A DNA stretch of 64,000 bases from an uncultured bacterium (GTDB lineage Bacteria; Hydrothermota; UBA3073; NMUJ01), in assembly GCA_965612795.1 (NCBI GenBank), contig CBFDTI010000001.1, forward strand, positions 37,895 through 101,894, given 5' to 3'. Under the pieces are notes generated by a model. The model worked only from the letters and a program-made list of their open reading frames with translations. It was not told the DNA's origin and ran no database searches. The position numbers were made by a program, and so were the translations under genes. Shown here piece by piece: positions 50,001-60,343 of this stretch; the stretch's first letter is position 1, and the number at the start of each line of letters is the position of its first letter.

Positions 50001-50916
50001 AACAACGGAGATCGAAGATATATTCCCGTTTTATGATGAATTGATGACAAGTGGTGAAAAATTGCAGCATGAGTTTAAGCTTCCAACAAAATACGGTACG
50101 GAGTTGACGGTTGAAGTTACAACTTTACCTATAAGATTGGGCAACAAAGCTGTAACACTGCTCACTTTGAGAGATATAACCCACCAAAAAGAATTGGAAC
50201 AGATGAAGGCAAACTTCATCGCTAACATCTCGCATGATATAAGGACACCACTCGCCTCTGCCAAAGAAGCGGTATCGCTCGTGCTCGATGAGATTGTGGG
50301 AAAGATCAACAACTCACAACGCCGATTCTTGTCAATAGCTTTACAGAATATTGAATCGCTAAATGCATTGTTGAACGAATTACTCGAGATATCAAAAATG
50401 GAAACAGGTAAAATGACTTACGAACAGAAGCTTGTTACAATAGATCCGATAATCGAAAAAGTTATAGATTCACAAAAGATACTTGCACAGAAGAAAAACA
50501 TTAAAATAAAGAAGAAGCTCAAACCTACACCCGCAGTCTATGTAGATCCTACCAAAATAAGGCGCGTAATAATGAACTTATTATCAAACGCCATAAAATT
50601 TACACCAGAAGGTGGTCGGATAGAAATGACGACAGAGGTTGTGGAAGAGGATTCACCGATCATTAAAGAACATGACTTACCACGTAAAAAGTATGTAATG
50701 GTGTCGGTTACAGATACGGGGCCTGGTATAGCACCAAAGGATCAGAAGCGTATTTTCAATAGGTTCGAACAAGTAGGTAAAGTTGCAAAAGGTAGAGGCA
50801 TAGGGTTGGGCTTACCCATAGCTAAAGAGATAGTCGAAGCGCATGGAGGTAAAATCTGGGTAGAAAGTGAATTAGGTAAAGGTAGCAAATTTACATTCGT
50901 AATACCTAGTGCGTGA
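47041..50916 (+). CDS. soluble multi-sensor histidine kinase (7 PAS + GAF + HisKA + HATPase)
   Basis: Repeated PAS domains ending in DIT-type motifs; H-box SHDIRTPL; N-box [11 protein letters not shown]-boxes DTGPGI and G.GLGL; no TM segment. Confidence 0.95.
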   Translation: MKNMEIDSIIRAIFENAPHKFILLDKDGKILYVNKAVEKTIGCPSSGIIGKRFVDFIPSKYHQSFLKTLNSSSKDSTLVVEIKKPDNSQIPVELSINSIPAKEPRILLNIRDVDEVKRLENLLKTIRQRYASLYEFYRKIFDICPVGVIWLDDKLRIVYENPETKKILGVPSGEESSAMGMDIREIFSIKEAGLSELFDDLLKGKKIRKIGYFKSIYKKESYLLLTGIPVIEDGKFQGGVLFIEDLTELKRLEEWWRKQIESILNITGKLLLERDLNTSLQLICDTITNELGWRQVILSVRDYETMTSRPVAVSGYDAKTAAEILSHPPVSIKKTEKFLRDEFKISRSYYIDHTHWEELKDYPSKLYITPVKGITPGGWHEKDLLLIPIYGKDDKILGFISPDNPVTGKRPTLEDIKLLEIFADQAAIAIENLRIYNMVKQSEEKYRTMLENTGTAIAVIEEDTTISAVNAEFEKLSGYSRAEIEGKMSWTVFVHPDDVERMKHYHYERRKKRGKAPRNYEFRFIDRHGNLKHIYLTVSMIPETKQSVASLIDITKLKRIEEELKNRKEFLQTILDSSPDLIFTVKKDGTIGFTNKRLKEILGYEPDEVKGRHFLEAIPKELHLYMQKKWKEVQKGISGVYETKVIKKDGTLVDCLVSHAPLKGMNEHIAILKNITEYKRMQYELEERKLYLEKVMESTPNAVITQDSEGKVRQWNQAAEKLFGYTMEEAIGRRLDDLIARFDPHTFKEATHYTQKILKGEPIAPVEVIRYRKDGTPIEVVMSAAPIVIKGKIVGVVVTYADITERKRIEKELRARKTYLEKLMESVPDAIVTTDAQHRIVEWNPGAEKLFGYTWDEAVGQNLDYLIAGADVAAFEEATKFTRQLVFDKKDIPPTETIRYRKDGTPINVIVAASPIVIEDKVVGVAVVYTDITNRVKLEHALKESEERYRKLIENITDGVCLIYNRRVVFANPAFEKLTGYTREELETTEIEDIFPFYDELMTSGEKLQHEFKLPTKYGTELTVEVTTLPIRLGNKAVTLLTLRDITHQKELEQMKANFIANISHDIRTPLASAKEAVSLVLDEIVGKINNSQRRFLSIALQNIESLNALLNELLEISKMETGKMTYEQKLVTIDPIIEKVIDSQKILAQKKNIKIKKKLKPTPAVYVDPTKIRRVIMNLLSNAIKFTPEGGRIEMTTEVVEEDSPIIKEHDLPRKKYVMVSVTDTGPGIAPKDQKRIFNRFEQVGKVAKGRGIGLGLPIAKEIVEAHGGKIWVESELGKGSKFTFVIPSA
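49090..49860 (+). repeat. tandem duplication of a PAS/PAC module (about 128 aa units)
   Basis: EL..RK.YLEK.MES.P.A....D......[18 protein letters not shown]...[11 protein letters not shown]...A.PIVI..K.VGV.V.Y.DIT occurs twice, with visible DNA identity. Confidence 0.85.
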
Positions 50917-51296
50917 TGAAAAAGAAACGTATATTAATCATAGAAGATGAGCCCTATATGGTGGAGTTACTGAAAACACGGCTTGAGGCCAACAACTACG
51001 AAGTAATAGTTGCGTATGATGGTATGGAAGGATGGAGGAAAGCACGTAATGAGCACCCCGATCTCATACTACTTGATATAATGTTACCGGGTATGGATGG
51101 GTTCAAAATTTGTAAGCTTCTGAAGCATGACATACGCTATAGAAATGTACCAATAATTATGCTCACAGCACGTGCAAATAAGGAAGATATGATGATGGGC
51201 AAAGAAGCAGGTGCTGACGCATATATAGCAAAACCTTTTGATTCAAAATTATTGATCCAAAAGATAGAAGAACTTTTGGGAGGTAAACATGAGTGA
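50913..51296 (+). CDS. single-domain response regulator
   Basis: [27 protein letters not shown]; no output domain. Confidence 0.95.
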   Translation: MMKKKRILIIEDEPYMVELLKTRLEANNYEVIVAYDGMEGWRKARNEHPDLILLDIMLPGMDGFKICKLLKHDIRYRNVPIIMLTARANKEDMMMGKEAGADAYIAKPFDSKLLIQKIEELLGGKHE

Positions 51297-52860
51297 AAAA
51301 CTAACGCCAGAGAAGCTGGAGGAAATTTATGGTGTACCATTTGTCGATCTAAACAATTTTGTGTTTGAACCTGCTTTAATAAAAATGTTTGGCGAAGATC
51401 TACTTAGAAAGTTGAAATTTATACCATTGTTTAAAATGGGCGATGTACTTACGGTGGCAATGGTTAACCCTTCGGATGTAAAAGCCATCGATGAGATACG
51501 ACGGATAGCTAACCTTGAAGTAGAACCCATGGTGTGCGATGAGGACGATCTCGAGCAGGCATTAAATACAATATTTTCACCATTCGAGGAAACCGAGCAG
51601 AGTAGATGGCGTCGTTTACCCGTCAGGGAGTTAGGAGAAGCACCCTCTACCGCTACTACGGTTGAAACAGAAGCTGTAAAGGAAGAGGAAAGGCCACCGG
51701 AATTAATTGTAACCGAGGATGCGGAGGTTATTCGATATTTGAACGAGCTATTAACAAGAGCTGTACGTGAGCGTGCCAGTGATTTACATATTGAACATAC
51801 TCAGGATGGTGTTGCTGTAAGGATGAGAGTTGACGGTGTACTACACCTGCTTACGCCGCCACCTCCACATATTCAGGATGCGTTAATACCGCGAATAAAA
51901 GTTATGAGTAATCTCAATATTGCAGAACGAAGGTTACCACAAGATGGTAGATGTAATTTTGTTGTTGATGGCAGGGAAGTAGATTTACGTGTATCTACGT
52001 TACCTACTATATACGGTGAAAGTGCCGTTATAAGGATACTCGACAAAAGTACGGGTTTGTTATCCATAGAGGAGTTGGGCCTATCCCCTAGGGATTTAGA
52101 GCGCTTCCAGAAATTACTGAGTATCCCCTATGGTATGCTACTTGTTACAGGACCTACTGGATCGGGTAAAACTACCACGCTTTACGCAATGCTGAACCGC
52201 CTGATAACGGCAGAGAAAAATATCGTAACCATAGAGGATCCTGTAGAATATAGGATACCGGGCATAAGACAGACACAGGTGAACTTGAAAGCAGGTTACA
52301 CATTTGCCAATGGGCTAAGAGCTATACTGCGGCAAGATCCTGACATTATAATGGTGGGTGAGATAAGAGATAAAGAAACTGCGAGTATTGCGGTACATGC
52401 AGCACTTACCGGACATCTTGTATTGAGTACATTTCATACGAATGACGCACCGGGTGCATTGCCAAGGTTGGTTGATATGGGAATAGAGCCCTTCCTTGTT
52501 GCTTCATCAGTTACAGGGGTGATAGCGCAGCGGCTTGTACGTACGATATGCCCGCGATGCCGTGAAGCGTTCATCCCAAGCCCTGAATTGATAAAAGCGG
52601 AAAAGCTACCTAAAGATATAACCCTTTATAGGGGTAAGGGGTGCACGCACTGTCGTGGCACCGGCTATAGAGGTAGAACTGGTGTCTTTCAAATCATGAT
52701 AGTCACAGATAAAATACGTAACCTTGTAGTTACAAAGGCACCAGCCTCTGAGATTGAGAAGGTTGCCCGTGAGGAAGGCATGTCAACCTTACGTGAGGAT
52801 GGACTCCAGAAAGTGTTCGATGGTATCACCACATTAGAAGAAGTACTACGAGTAACCTGA
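51289..52860 (+). CDS. pilB: type IV pilus / T2SS assembly ATPase (PilB/GspE)
   Basis: ASD.HIE, PQDGR, GPTGSGKTTT, T.EDPVE, LRQDPD...VGEIRD, TGHLV, tetracysteine motif CP.C...GC..C..TGY.GR. Confidence 0.93.
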   Translation: MSEKLTPEKLEEIYGVPFVDLNNFVFEPALIKMFGEDLLRKLKFIPLFKMGDVLTVAMVNPSDVKAIDEIRRIANLEVEPMVCDEDDLEQALNTIFSPFEETEQSRWRRLPVRELGEAPSTATTVETEAVKEEERPPELIVTEDAEVIRYLNELLTRAVRERASDLHIEHTQDGVAVRMRVDGVLHLLTPPPPHIQDALIPRIKVMSNLNIAERRLPQDGRCNFVVDGREVDLRVSTLPTIYGESAVIRILDKSTGLLSIEELGLSPRDLERFQKLLSIPYGMLLVTGPTGSGKTTTLYAMLNRLITAEKNIVTIEDPVEYRIPGIRQTQVNLKAGYTFANGLRAILRQDPDIIMVGEIRDKETASIAVHAALTGHLVLSTFHTNDAPGALPRLVDMGIEPFLVASSVTGVIAQRLVRTICPRCREAFIPSPELIKAEKLPKDITLYRGKGCTHCRGTGYRGRTGVFQIMIVTDKIRNLVVTKAPASEIEKVAREEGMSTLREDGLQKVFDGITTLEEVLRVT

Positions 52861-54080
52861 TGGTGTACAAGTATGTAGCTAAAAACTGGGCCGGTCGTAC
52901 TGTAACAGGTACCATGGAAGCCTCAGATGCTGCATTGGTACGTGAACATCTTAGTCGGTTGGGGTTTATACCTCTTTCGATAAAAGAAGTAAAAACTAAA
53001 CGCAAAGTGCCGACATTATCCCTCGGTGGAAAAGTGAAAGATGTCGAGTTGATAAATTTCACACGCCAATTCGTAACCTTACATCGTGCGGGATTGCCAA
53101 TTCCTACAATTATACGTACACTAGCGGAACAGACTGAGAATAAATATTTCAAAACAGTACTCGAGTCCATTGCAAAGGATATTAATGAGGGGTTACCATT
53201 ATCACAGGCGATGGCTAAACATCCCAAAATCTTCTCTGAATATTACGTCAGCTGTGTGGAAGCAGGTGAAGCCGGTGGTGTACTCGATTCGGTATTCGAA
53301 CAGTTACTGGAATTATTGGACAGGCAACGACGTACTAGAGGTGAGATAAAAGCTGCCGCCCGTTACCCGATAATTGTAATGGTAGGGTTGGTGATAGCAT
53401 TTGTTGTATTGGTAGGGTTTGTGATACCCAAATTCGTACAGATGTTTACTGCATTGGGAGCCGAGTTACCATTACCCACACGTATACTGATAGCGGTGAA
53501 CAATTTATTTCAGAACTATTGGTTTGCTATCATAGTGGTCATATCTGGTATGGGTCTATTGTGGTGGATATGGATAAACACCAAAGTGGGGCGGCTGTGG
53601 TGGGATAAATTCAAACTACGCATACCACTAATCGGACATGTGATATACAAAGATTTGATTGCAAGGTTTGCACGTATGTTTGCAGTATTGGATCGTAGTG
53701 GGTTACCAATACTTAGGACATTGGAAATAGTTGCCAACACTGCTAACAACAAATATTTCGAACGTAAACTGATGGAGATAAAGAAAGCCGTATACGATGG
53801 TAAGGGGTTATCAGAGCCGATGCGCGATAGTGAGTTATTTGCACCTCTGGTGATACAGATGGTACAAACAGGTGAAGAATCCGGTACACTCGATGATATG
53901 TTGAACAAAGTGGGTGAACATTACGAACGTGAAGTATCCTATACCATTAGAAATCTGACAGGTATAATAGAACCCGTACTTACTGTTGTATTAGGCTGTG
54001 TCATAATATTCTTCTTTCTTGCAATTTTCCTTCCCTACCTCAATATGTTACAAGCTATAACAGCTGGCGGTATACGATAA
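52860..54080 (+). CDS. pilC: type IV pilus / T2SS inner-membrane platform protein (PilC/GspF)
   Basis: FTRQ......AG, GE..G.LD, YP, LPLPT, GEESG.LD.ML, IEP. Confidence 0.93.
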   Translation: MVYKYVAKNWAGRTVTGTMEASDAALVREHLSRLGFIPLSIKEVKTKRKVPTLSLGGKVKDVELINFTRQFVTLHRAGLPIPTIIRTLAEQTENKYFKTVLESIAKDINEGLPLSQAMAKHPKIFSEYYVSCVEAGEAGGVLDSVFEQLLELLDRQRRTRGEIKAAARYPIIVMVGLVIAFVVLVGFVIPKFVQMFTALGAELPLPTRILIAVNNLFQNYWFAIIVVISGMGLLWWIWINTKVGRLWWDKFKLRIPLIGHVIYKDLIARFARMFAVLDRSGLPILRTLEIVANTANNKYFERKLMEIKKAVYDGKGLSEPMRDSELFAPLVIQMVQTGEESGTLDDMLNKVGEHYEREVSYTIRNLTGIIEPVLTVVLGCVIIFFFLAIFLPYLNMLQAITAGGIR

Positions 54081-54148
54081 ATGCTGAATTATAAAGGCTC
54101 TAACTGCTCTTTTATGATTTATGTGTAGATTTTTAATTAATGAATGGG

Positions 54149-54175
54149 TTGACACATATTCAATAACACTATATT
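54149..54175 (+). promoter_or_regulatory. internal promoter TTGACA-N15-TATATT for the major pilin
   Basis: In the only sizeable gap of the pil cluster; followed by RBS AAGGAGGTG at 54212-54220. Confidence 0.6.
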
Positions 54176-54222
54176 TAAATGACATGTATCGTAAAAATAG
54201 GAATAAACCGAAAGGAGGTGGT

Positions 54223-54693
54223 ATGTTAAAGATAGTGAGGCGTGAGGACGGTTTTACGTTGATCGAACTTATCATGGTGATAGTGATTATCGGTATCCTT
54301 GCAGCGGTGGTGGTACCGAGATATTTCGCATTCCAGACCCAAGCTCGTAGAGCAGCGTTTGAAGGTGTTGTCGGTGGAATACGTAGTGGAATAGCAGCAT
54401 TTCATTACCAAGCGCTGTTGACAGGTAATGTGAACATTTCGTACACTGATCCCACCGGTAAAACCCACACATATACTAGTATTACTGGTGCCGCAGCTAC
54501 TGATACATGGCCGTATGCTCTGGATGACGCCGATAGTGGTTCTGCAAGTCGTTCCAATCCATTCTTCTGGGTAGTACTCGAGCAACCCATCATGAAGGAT
54601 TGGACGAAAGTGAACGACACTACGTATATAGGGCCAGGTAATATTGATACATTCTACTATCATCGCAAGAGCGGTACGGTATCTTACGAGTAA
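54223..54693 (+). CDS. probable major type IV pilin
   Basis: Class III signal MLKIVRREDG/FTLIELIMVIVIIGILAAVVVP; strongest RBS in the cluster; the ORF-track start at 54121 is too long. Confidence 0.88.
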   Translation: MLKIVRREDGFTLIELIMVIVIIGILAAVVVPRYFAFQTQARRAAFEGVVGGIRSGIAAFHYQALLTGNVNISYTDPTGKTHTYTSITGAAATDTWPYALDDADSGSASRSNPFFWVVLEQPIMKDWTKVNDTTYIGPGNIDTFYYHRKSGTVSYE

Positions 54694-54694
54694 T

Positions 54695-55150
54695 ATGCGT
54701 AATCGCGCTGGATTCACACTTCCGGAACTGTTGATGGTAATTGTGATTCTTGGCATACTATCGGCGGTTGCTGTACCGCGTTTTTTACGACTGCAGGAGT
54801 CGGCTTGCATCAATGCCACCAAACAGGAGTTGCTCACCCTTAGGCGTGCGATCATCGGCAATCCCGATGCCATAAGCGGGGGGCAATATACCGATGTGGG
54901 CTATCTCGGTGATGTAGGTAGCCCCCCGCCCAATCTTGAAGCATTGATTAGAAAGCCTGATGATGTGCCAGAGTGGGATCCATACACCCAGATTGGATGG
55001 CATGGCCCCTACATTGATACCACAGAGGGGGATTACCTCCATGATGCATGGGGTAACGAATATATTTATGATAAAGATAACAGAACCATAAAAAGTAAAG
55101 GCCCCGATGGTGTAGAAGATACAGATGACGATATAATTGTAAAATTTTAA
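54695..55150 (+). CDS. GspG-like pseudopilin
   Basis: MRNRAG/FTLPELLMVIVILGIL; W.GPY, DAWG..Y.Y, I.S.GPDG...T.DDI (GspG C-terminal calcium-loop motif). Confidence 0.85.
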   Translation: MRNRAGFTLPELLMVIVILGILSAVAVPRFLRLQESACINATKQELLTLRRAIIGNPDAISGGQYTDVGYLGDVGSPPPNLEALIRKPDDVPEWDPYTQIGWHGPYIDTTEGDYLHDAWGNEYIYDKDNRTIKSKGPDGVEDTDDDIIVKF

Positions 55151-55161
55151 ATCAAAACATA

Positions 55162-56280
55162 ATGAAGCATAATAAAGGGTTTACATTGATCGAACTTCTA
55201 ATGGTCATCGTCATTATGGGTATTATTGCTACAATTGCTACGCGGTCGGTTGTGAGAGCACTCGAACAGGGACGCTTCCAAGCTACGATGAAAGAGATGG
55301 AGACTATTGCACATGCAATAGTAGGTAATCCCGACCTTATTTCTCATGGTGTACGTGTGGATTTTGGCTATGTAGGAGATGTTGGGGATCTACCTAATAC
55401 GCTTGATGACTTAGTGGAAGATCCAGGGGTGCCTAACTGGCACGGCCCATATCTCAATGTACCATTCACTGGTAATCCTGATGATTATAAAAAAGATGCA
55501 TGGGGTCAGGAGTACATTTATAACAAAGATAATTTAACAATCATGAGTGTAGGAGGTGAGGATACTATCACCTATCAGATTGCTCCAAGTAAGGACGATA
55601 TTTTAAACAATAGAATATTGATCACGGTTACGGATAGAGAAGATAACCCACCAGGTGCAGCTTATGATTCCATAGAAATAATGCTGTATCGTGCACCTGA
55701 TGAGATATTTGAGCAATCCACTTCACCTAACTCCATGGGGATCGCTTATTTCGACTCTGTAACCATCGGTAAGTATTACATAAAAGCTACATATAGAAAT
55801 GATACTCTCATAAAAGTGGTAGCCGTACCACCACGTTCAGTGGTGGACGTAAATTTAAGGTTCGTAAGCGTCTCGTGGCAACAGACAGCAGGTGCGGGTA
55901 ATCTCGTTTATATCGATAATACTGCACGTGCGTATGGTACATCTTACAACAATATAGAGTTCCAGATAAGGAACGTCTCTTCAGATACTATCTATTATCT
56001 CACTATGCGTTGCGATTATGATCGAGAGGCTTGGTATTCAAGTGTTACAATAGATGGGTTTCAGGTTTGGAACCGTGGTGGTGGTGCACGTGCAGGTAGT
56101 GGTGAAACTATCACCCTCATTGGTAATCGCTACATTGTACCAGGTGCAGTAGATACATTTAATATAATAGATTTCCGCCAACCCGCCATAGGGTGGGGAT
56201 GGCCTGTCGATATGCGTGGCACCGCCTTTCGTATTACTTTCAATGATGGTTCCATAATAAGATTTACAGTCCCATTCTGA
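55162..56280 (+). CDS. large minor (pseudo)pilin: GspG-like head plus extra beta-sandwich domains
   Basis: KG/FTLIELLMV; AIVGNPD...DFGYVGDVG..P..L..L...WHGPY...DAWG.EY.Y paralogous to the upstream gene; about 230 aa C-terminal extension. Confidence 0.82.
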   Translation: MKHNKGFTLIELLMVIVIMGIIATIATRSVVRALEQGRFQATMKEMETIAHAIVGNPDLISHGVRVDFGYVGDVGDLPNTLDDLVEDPGVPNWHGPYLNVPFTGNPDDYKKDAWGQEYIYNKDNLTIMSVGGEDTITYQIAPSKDDILNNRILITVTDREDNPPGAAYDSIEIMLYRAPDEIFEQSTSPNSMGIAYFDSVTIGKYYIKATYRNDTLIKVVAVPPRSVVDVNLRFVSVSWQQTAGAGNLVYIDNTARAYGTSYNNIEFQIRNVSSDTIYYLTMRCDYDREAWYSSVTIDGFQVWNRGGGARAGSGETITLIGNRYIVPGAVDTFNIIDFRQPAIGWGWPVDMRGTAFRITFNDGSIIRFTVPF

Positions 56281-56281
56281 T

Positions 56282-57853
56282 ATGCCATTATCTCGCTATA
56301 GAAAAGCTGGGCTTGAGATCACCACCCGAGCCATCAAGTATGCAAAAGTAGAAAAGCGCCGTAATACTTATCGGGTGATAGATTCGGTAAAACTCGACAT
56401 AGCGAGCTTGGCGGATAAGATGGAAGCACTGGAAACCCTTAGAAGGAACAAAATTACCGCTCGAGATAAACTTATATTGGCATATCCACCAAACGTCTAT
56501 ACCACGGAGGCGATATTTCCAAGGTTATCAGATAGAGAGCTCCGTCACGCTATAGAGTTGAACGCCGATAAGTACCTTGCGAAGCCAGTCGAAGAAATAA
56601 TATATGATTTCAAAGTTGTGGACCAAGTAGTTGAAGACCATATAGCAAAACAACGCGTACTTATATTATCGTTTAACAAAACAGAACTCGAAAATGAATT
56701 ATCTACACTTAGTGCTGCAAGAATACTACCTTACAAACTCAGTGATGCAAGTTTCGCATTATTTAATTTAGCATCGCTTTCCACCACACTGCCTGAGAGG
56801 GTGTTGCTTGTCAACATAGATATGGATTATATAACTATGGTATTCTTACGGAATAAAAAACTATGGATGAGCCGCACCATACCATTAGGGGTTGCAAACT
56901 TACTTGAGAATTTGCGTCTTACGGTAAGTTTACCCGAAGGTAAAGTTGTGGTAATAGATCATGATAGAGCAGTTCAACTATTAAACGAATATGGGATACC
57001 CGAGTCCACAGATAAATCTACCGAAGAAGGTATACCATTATCGATGTTGAGATCCTTTCACCGTCCATTCTTAGAGAAGCTAATCAACGAATTAAAGCGT
57101 ACGTTGCAATACATTTCATCCGCACTTAAAGAAAAAGTAGAAGCAATCTTCCTCATCGGTGAAGGTGCTACAATAAAGAATTTGCTAAAGAACATAGCAG
57201 AGGAAATCGATATCCGGTGTGAACTTATGGATCCGGGCGAATTTTTCGAAACACCCGACGACCGCCCGCTATATGAATTTGCTATACCATTGGGGTTGGC
57301 GCTTGACTTTGAAAACGTAAACTTACTACCAAGTGCATTAAAACTCGAATGGCATGCACGCCAACAACGTAGCATCGTACAGCTAATTGGTGCGTTGTTG
57401 ATACCAAGTCTTGTGGCCATTTATGGGTTACTACATCTGCAGGAAGTACTCTTAAAAGAGCGCAAGACGTTCCTAAGCTATGAATATGCTACGATGAAGA
57501 AAAAAGCCACAGAATTCTTCAATCTCGTAGAGGAACGCAACCGATTACTCAACCGTAAAGCACATTTACCGCAGGTGGTACAAACTTCGCTGCTTATTGA
57601 TATTCTTAAAGAGTTGTCAGCCTTAACCCCTCGAAATATACAGCTCAACAAGGTAGATCTAAATAAAAACGAAATATTGATATCTGGTGTAGTCTTTGGT
57701 GACGAAGCAGAACTTGAACTCCACCTCTCCGAGTTTCTATTTAAGCTTAACTATTCACCACATATAGGAAACTTGGAAGTACTCAATAAATCGAAAGTCA
57801 TGCTGAGCAATAATGCAGGATTAAGGTTTGAAATTAAAGGAACTGTAAGATGA
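56282..57853 (+). CDS. fused PilM-PilN alignment protein
   Basis: Actin-like N-terminus (GLEI....IK, SR.I..G...L, I.L.GEGA....L, ..LGLAL) immediately followed by the PilN motif VNLLP, a TM helix, coiled coil and PilN core. Confidence 0.85.
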   Translation: MPLSRYRKAGLEITTRAIKYAKVEKRRNTYRVIDSVKLDIASLADKMEALETLRRNKITARDKLILAYPPNVYTTEAIFPRLSDRELRHAIELNADKYLAKPVEEIIYDFKVVDQVVEDHIAKQRVLILSFNKTELENELSTLSAARILPYKLSDASFALFNLASLSTTLPERVLLVNIDMDYITMVFLRNKKLWMSRTIPLGVANLLENLRLTVSLPEGKVVVIDHDRAVQLLNEYGIPESTDKSTEEGIPLSMLRSFHRPFLEKLINELKRTLQYISSALKEKVEAIFLIGEGATIKNLLKNIAEEIDIRCELMDPGEFFETPDDRPLYEFAIPLGLALDFENVNLLPSALKLEWHARQQRSIVQLIGALLIPSLVAIYGLLHLQEVLLKERKTFLSYEYATMKKKATEFFNLVEERNRLLNRKAHLPQVVQTSLLIDILKELSALTPRNIQLNKVDLNKNEILISGVVFGDEAELELHLSEFLFKLNYSPHIGNLEVLNKSKVMLSNNAGLRFEIKGTVR

Positions 57854-58392
57854 GGCCACGTGAAAAATATCTCACAGTGACTATAATCATAGTCATAATG
57901 ATGATTACAGGGGCTGCGTTCTTCTTTTTCTTTATGCCTAAAATAAAGGCGATAGACGAACTCCAAACAGAAGTCAACGCATTAATAACTCAATTATCCG
58001 AGGCACGTAAGCGCATGGACAAGATAAATACACTACGAGCTGAATTGCAACAACTAAGTGCTGAGATATTAGCCCTTGAGTCACGATATGTGAAAGAAGA
58101 AGACCTTCTACCCGCGATAAACGAGCTGGCGGAAATAGCAAAATCCAAAGGCATAGAAGTATTAGATATACAACCACCGGATATCAGCCTCATACAGAAT
58201 AGAAATATCAAAAAATTACCCGTAAACCTGATGCTTCGAGGACGGTTTCTCACTATTGGTAGGTTTCTTGAAGAGCTCAAAGATTTTCGATATTTCGTAA
58301 CAATAGAAGAGATAGAAATAATAACTGAGCCCGACATTTATCCAGAAGTATTGGCAAATGTAACTCTTAGTTTATATAGATATTTAGAATAA
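57850..58392 (+). CDS. pilO: PilO / GspM-like protein
   Basis: N-terminal TM, coiled coil, LP....L.G.F..I..FL..L. Confidence 0.82.
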   Translation: MRPREKYLTVTIIIVIMMITGAAFFFFFMPKIKAIDELQTEVNALITQLSEARKRMDKINTLRAELQQLSAEILALESRYVKEEDLLPAINELAEIAKSKGIEVLDIQPPDISLIQNRNIKKLPVNLMLRGRFLTIGRFLEELKDFRYFVTIEEIEIITEPDIYPEVLANVTLSLYRYLE

Positions 58393-58796
58393 TGAGCCGC
58401 AAAATTATCCTCACCTTACTCGTCATAGTGATAGGGGTTGCAATATATACTTTTATGAGACCTCCATCGAAGCTGCAACCCAAGGGGATATTTACCGCCG
58501 CGCGGTCATCACCCACTACCGTAGAGGAGAAGCCGTCTAAGCCGGTAGAGTATAGATGGCAAAATGATCCATTTGCGCGAATGCCAACTGTGGAGAAGAC
58601 GACCTCTGTTGAAGGAGGGGGGCTTAAACTCACCGGTATATTATGGGATAAACAGGGAGGTATGGCTTTAATAAATGATAGCATAGTGAGGGTGGGTGAC
58701 CGTATCGGTCAATGGAAAGTAAAGAAGATCACACCTTCTTCCGTAATTTTAGAACGTGCAGGTACATACTATGAGTTAAAATTAGGAGCGCCATGA
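58392..58796 (+). CDS. PilP/MshK-like protein
   Basis: TM anchor, NDPF, LKLTGI, ALIN...V.VGD.I....V..I....V.L. Confidence 0.75.
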   Translation: MSRKIILTLLVIVIGVAIYTFMRPPSKLQPKGIFTAARSSPTTVEEKPSKPVEYRWQNDPFARMPTVEKTTSVEGGGLKLTGILWDKQGGMALINDSIVRVGDRIGQWKVKKITPSSVILERAGTYYELKLGAP

Positions 58797-60343
58797 AACA
58801 TATTCTATATTTTTTATTGTTGTTAGGTTTACTCCCATACGTAGTGGATGCTGCCGTGGTCAAATCGATTGACGTACACAAGACAGATGTCACAATCGGG
58901 ATAGTTATAGTGACTGATGAACCCATTCAATTTGATAACCTCTATTTGACCAAACCTAATAGGATAGTGATCGATTTCTATAATGCTGTGCCCAAAATCC
59001 CAGCTGTAATTCCCATGAATTTGGGCCCAATCAAACAGGTACGAGTAGGCTATCCAACCGTGAAACCTAACACCACACGTGTTGTCATAGACGTTACGGA
59101 TATTTCCAGTTATACTGTCACGGAACGTGATACAATCGTGTTAGTGGAAGTATCGCCCAAAATTATAACAGAGTTACCCACTGCGGTTAAGAAGGTTGCC
59201 AAGGAAGTACCTCGTATTTCGCTCGACCTTACCAACGCTGATATTAGAAGTGTACTAAGAATGCTAGCTGAACGATATAGCCTGAACATTGTCATAAGTG
59301 AAAATGTGACCGGTTTCATCACCGTACATATGAAAGATGTCACCCCTCTGGAGGCGTTTGAATCAATTCTCAAAGCTGCCAGTTGTACTTATGTGAAGTC
59401 GGAGGATATCTTAATAGTTAAGCCGATCGGGGAAGCCAAAACCCCTGAGATGGAAACTCGGATATTTAAATTAGAGTATCTTGATGCAACCGATGCTAAG
59501 AACAGTCTAAGTGGATTGCTCTCACCCAATGGTAAAATGGAAGTACTTTACAGAACTTATGGGGAAGAGACTAAACGATCCAATTTCCTCTTAATTACGG
59601 ATATACCTACTAATTTGGAGAAGATCGCTGCTTTGTTGAAGAAACTCGACAAACCACTACCACAAATCAGCATTGAGGCACGTTTCATTGAAACGATCCT
59701 AACCGAGAAAGAAGCCATGGGTATAGATTGGAGCCTAAGATTACGTGCAGCTGGTGCAAGAGTAGCGTTACCGATTACTTTCCCCTTACAGTGGGAAGAG
59801 ATGACATTAGCTACACTATCGCCGGCTGAGTTTACTGCATTGCTGGAAATATTAAAAACTGAAGGTAGATCGCGCTTATTATCTAACCCACGTATAGCGA
59901 CACTCGACAATCAAACTGCCACTATCTCAGTTGGAACTACTGTACCTATTCGTCAAGTAACCATAGAACCTACTACAGGTAGGGAGATAGTGACCTACGT
60001 GGAGCGTTTCATCCCTATTACCTTAAAAGTGACACCCCATGTAAGTGAGGGAAAATATATTACAATGACCATTACACCATCAGTTGAAGCAATAGTAGAA
60101 TGGCGTGGTCCACCTGGCGAGGAACGTCCAGTAACCTCCAAACGTGAAGCTACAACCCAGATCACTGTTAAAGATGGAGAAACCATAGCGATTGGCGGTC
60201 TTATAAAGGATGATATCCTGAGAACTACAAGAAAAATACCTATATTAGGCGATATCCCTATACTTGGGCGGCTATTTCGATACGATAATGTGGAACGACA
60301 ACGGTCAGAGCTGCTGATATTCATAACACCGCATATACTGTGA
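58793..60343 (+). CDS. pilQ: secretin with AMIN domain (PilQ)
   Basis: AMIN (P.RIVID, RVVID), STN/N domains, Q..IEA..IE, LS.P.I.TLDN..A.I..G, L.V.P, DGETI.IGGL, IP.LGDIP.LG.LF, EL.IFITP. Confidence 0.92.
   Translation: MKHILYFLLLLGLLPYVVDAAVVKSIDVHKTDVTIGIVIVTDEPIQFDNLYLTKPNRIVIDFYNAVPKIPAVIPMNLGPIKQVRVGYPTVKPNTTRVVIDVTDISSYTVTERDTIVLVEVSPKIITELPTAVKKVAKEVPRISLDLTNADIRSVLRMLAERYSLNIVISENVTGFITVHMKDVTPLEAFESILKAASCTYVKSEDILIVKPIGEAKTPEMETRIFKLEYLDATDAKNSLSGLLSPNGKMEVLYRTYGEETKRSNFLLITDIPTNLEKIAALLKKLDKPLPQISIEARFIETILTEKEAMGIDWSLRLRAAGARVALPITFPLQWEEMTLATLSPAEFTALLEILKTEGRSRLLSNPRIATLDNQTATISVGTTVPIRQVTIEPTTGREIVTYVERFIPITLKVTPHVSEGKYITMTITPSVEAIVEWRGPPGEERPVTSKREATTQITVKDGETIAIGGLIKDDILRTTRKIPILGDIPILGRLFRYDNVERQRSELLIFITPHIL

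Noticed and set aside
54121..54222. N-terminal extension of the pilin ORF given by the track (likewise starts at 54644, 42305, 35033, 32163 and 14975)
   Set aside because: RBS position, class III signal length and overlaps favour the downstream starts 54223, 54695, 42317, 35057, 32130 and 14954
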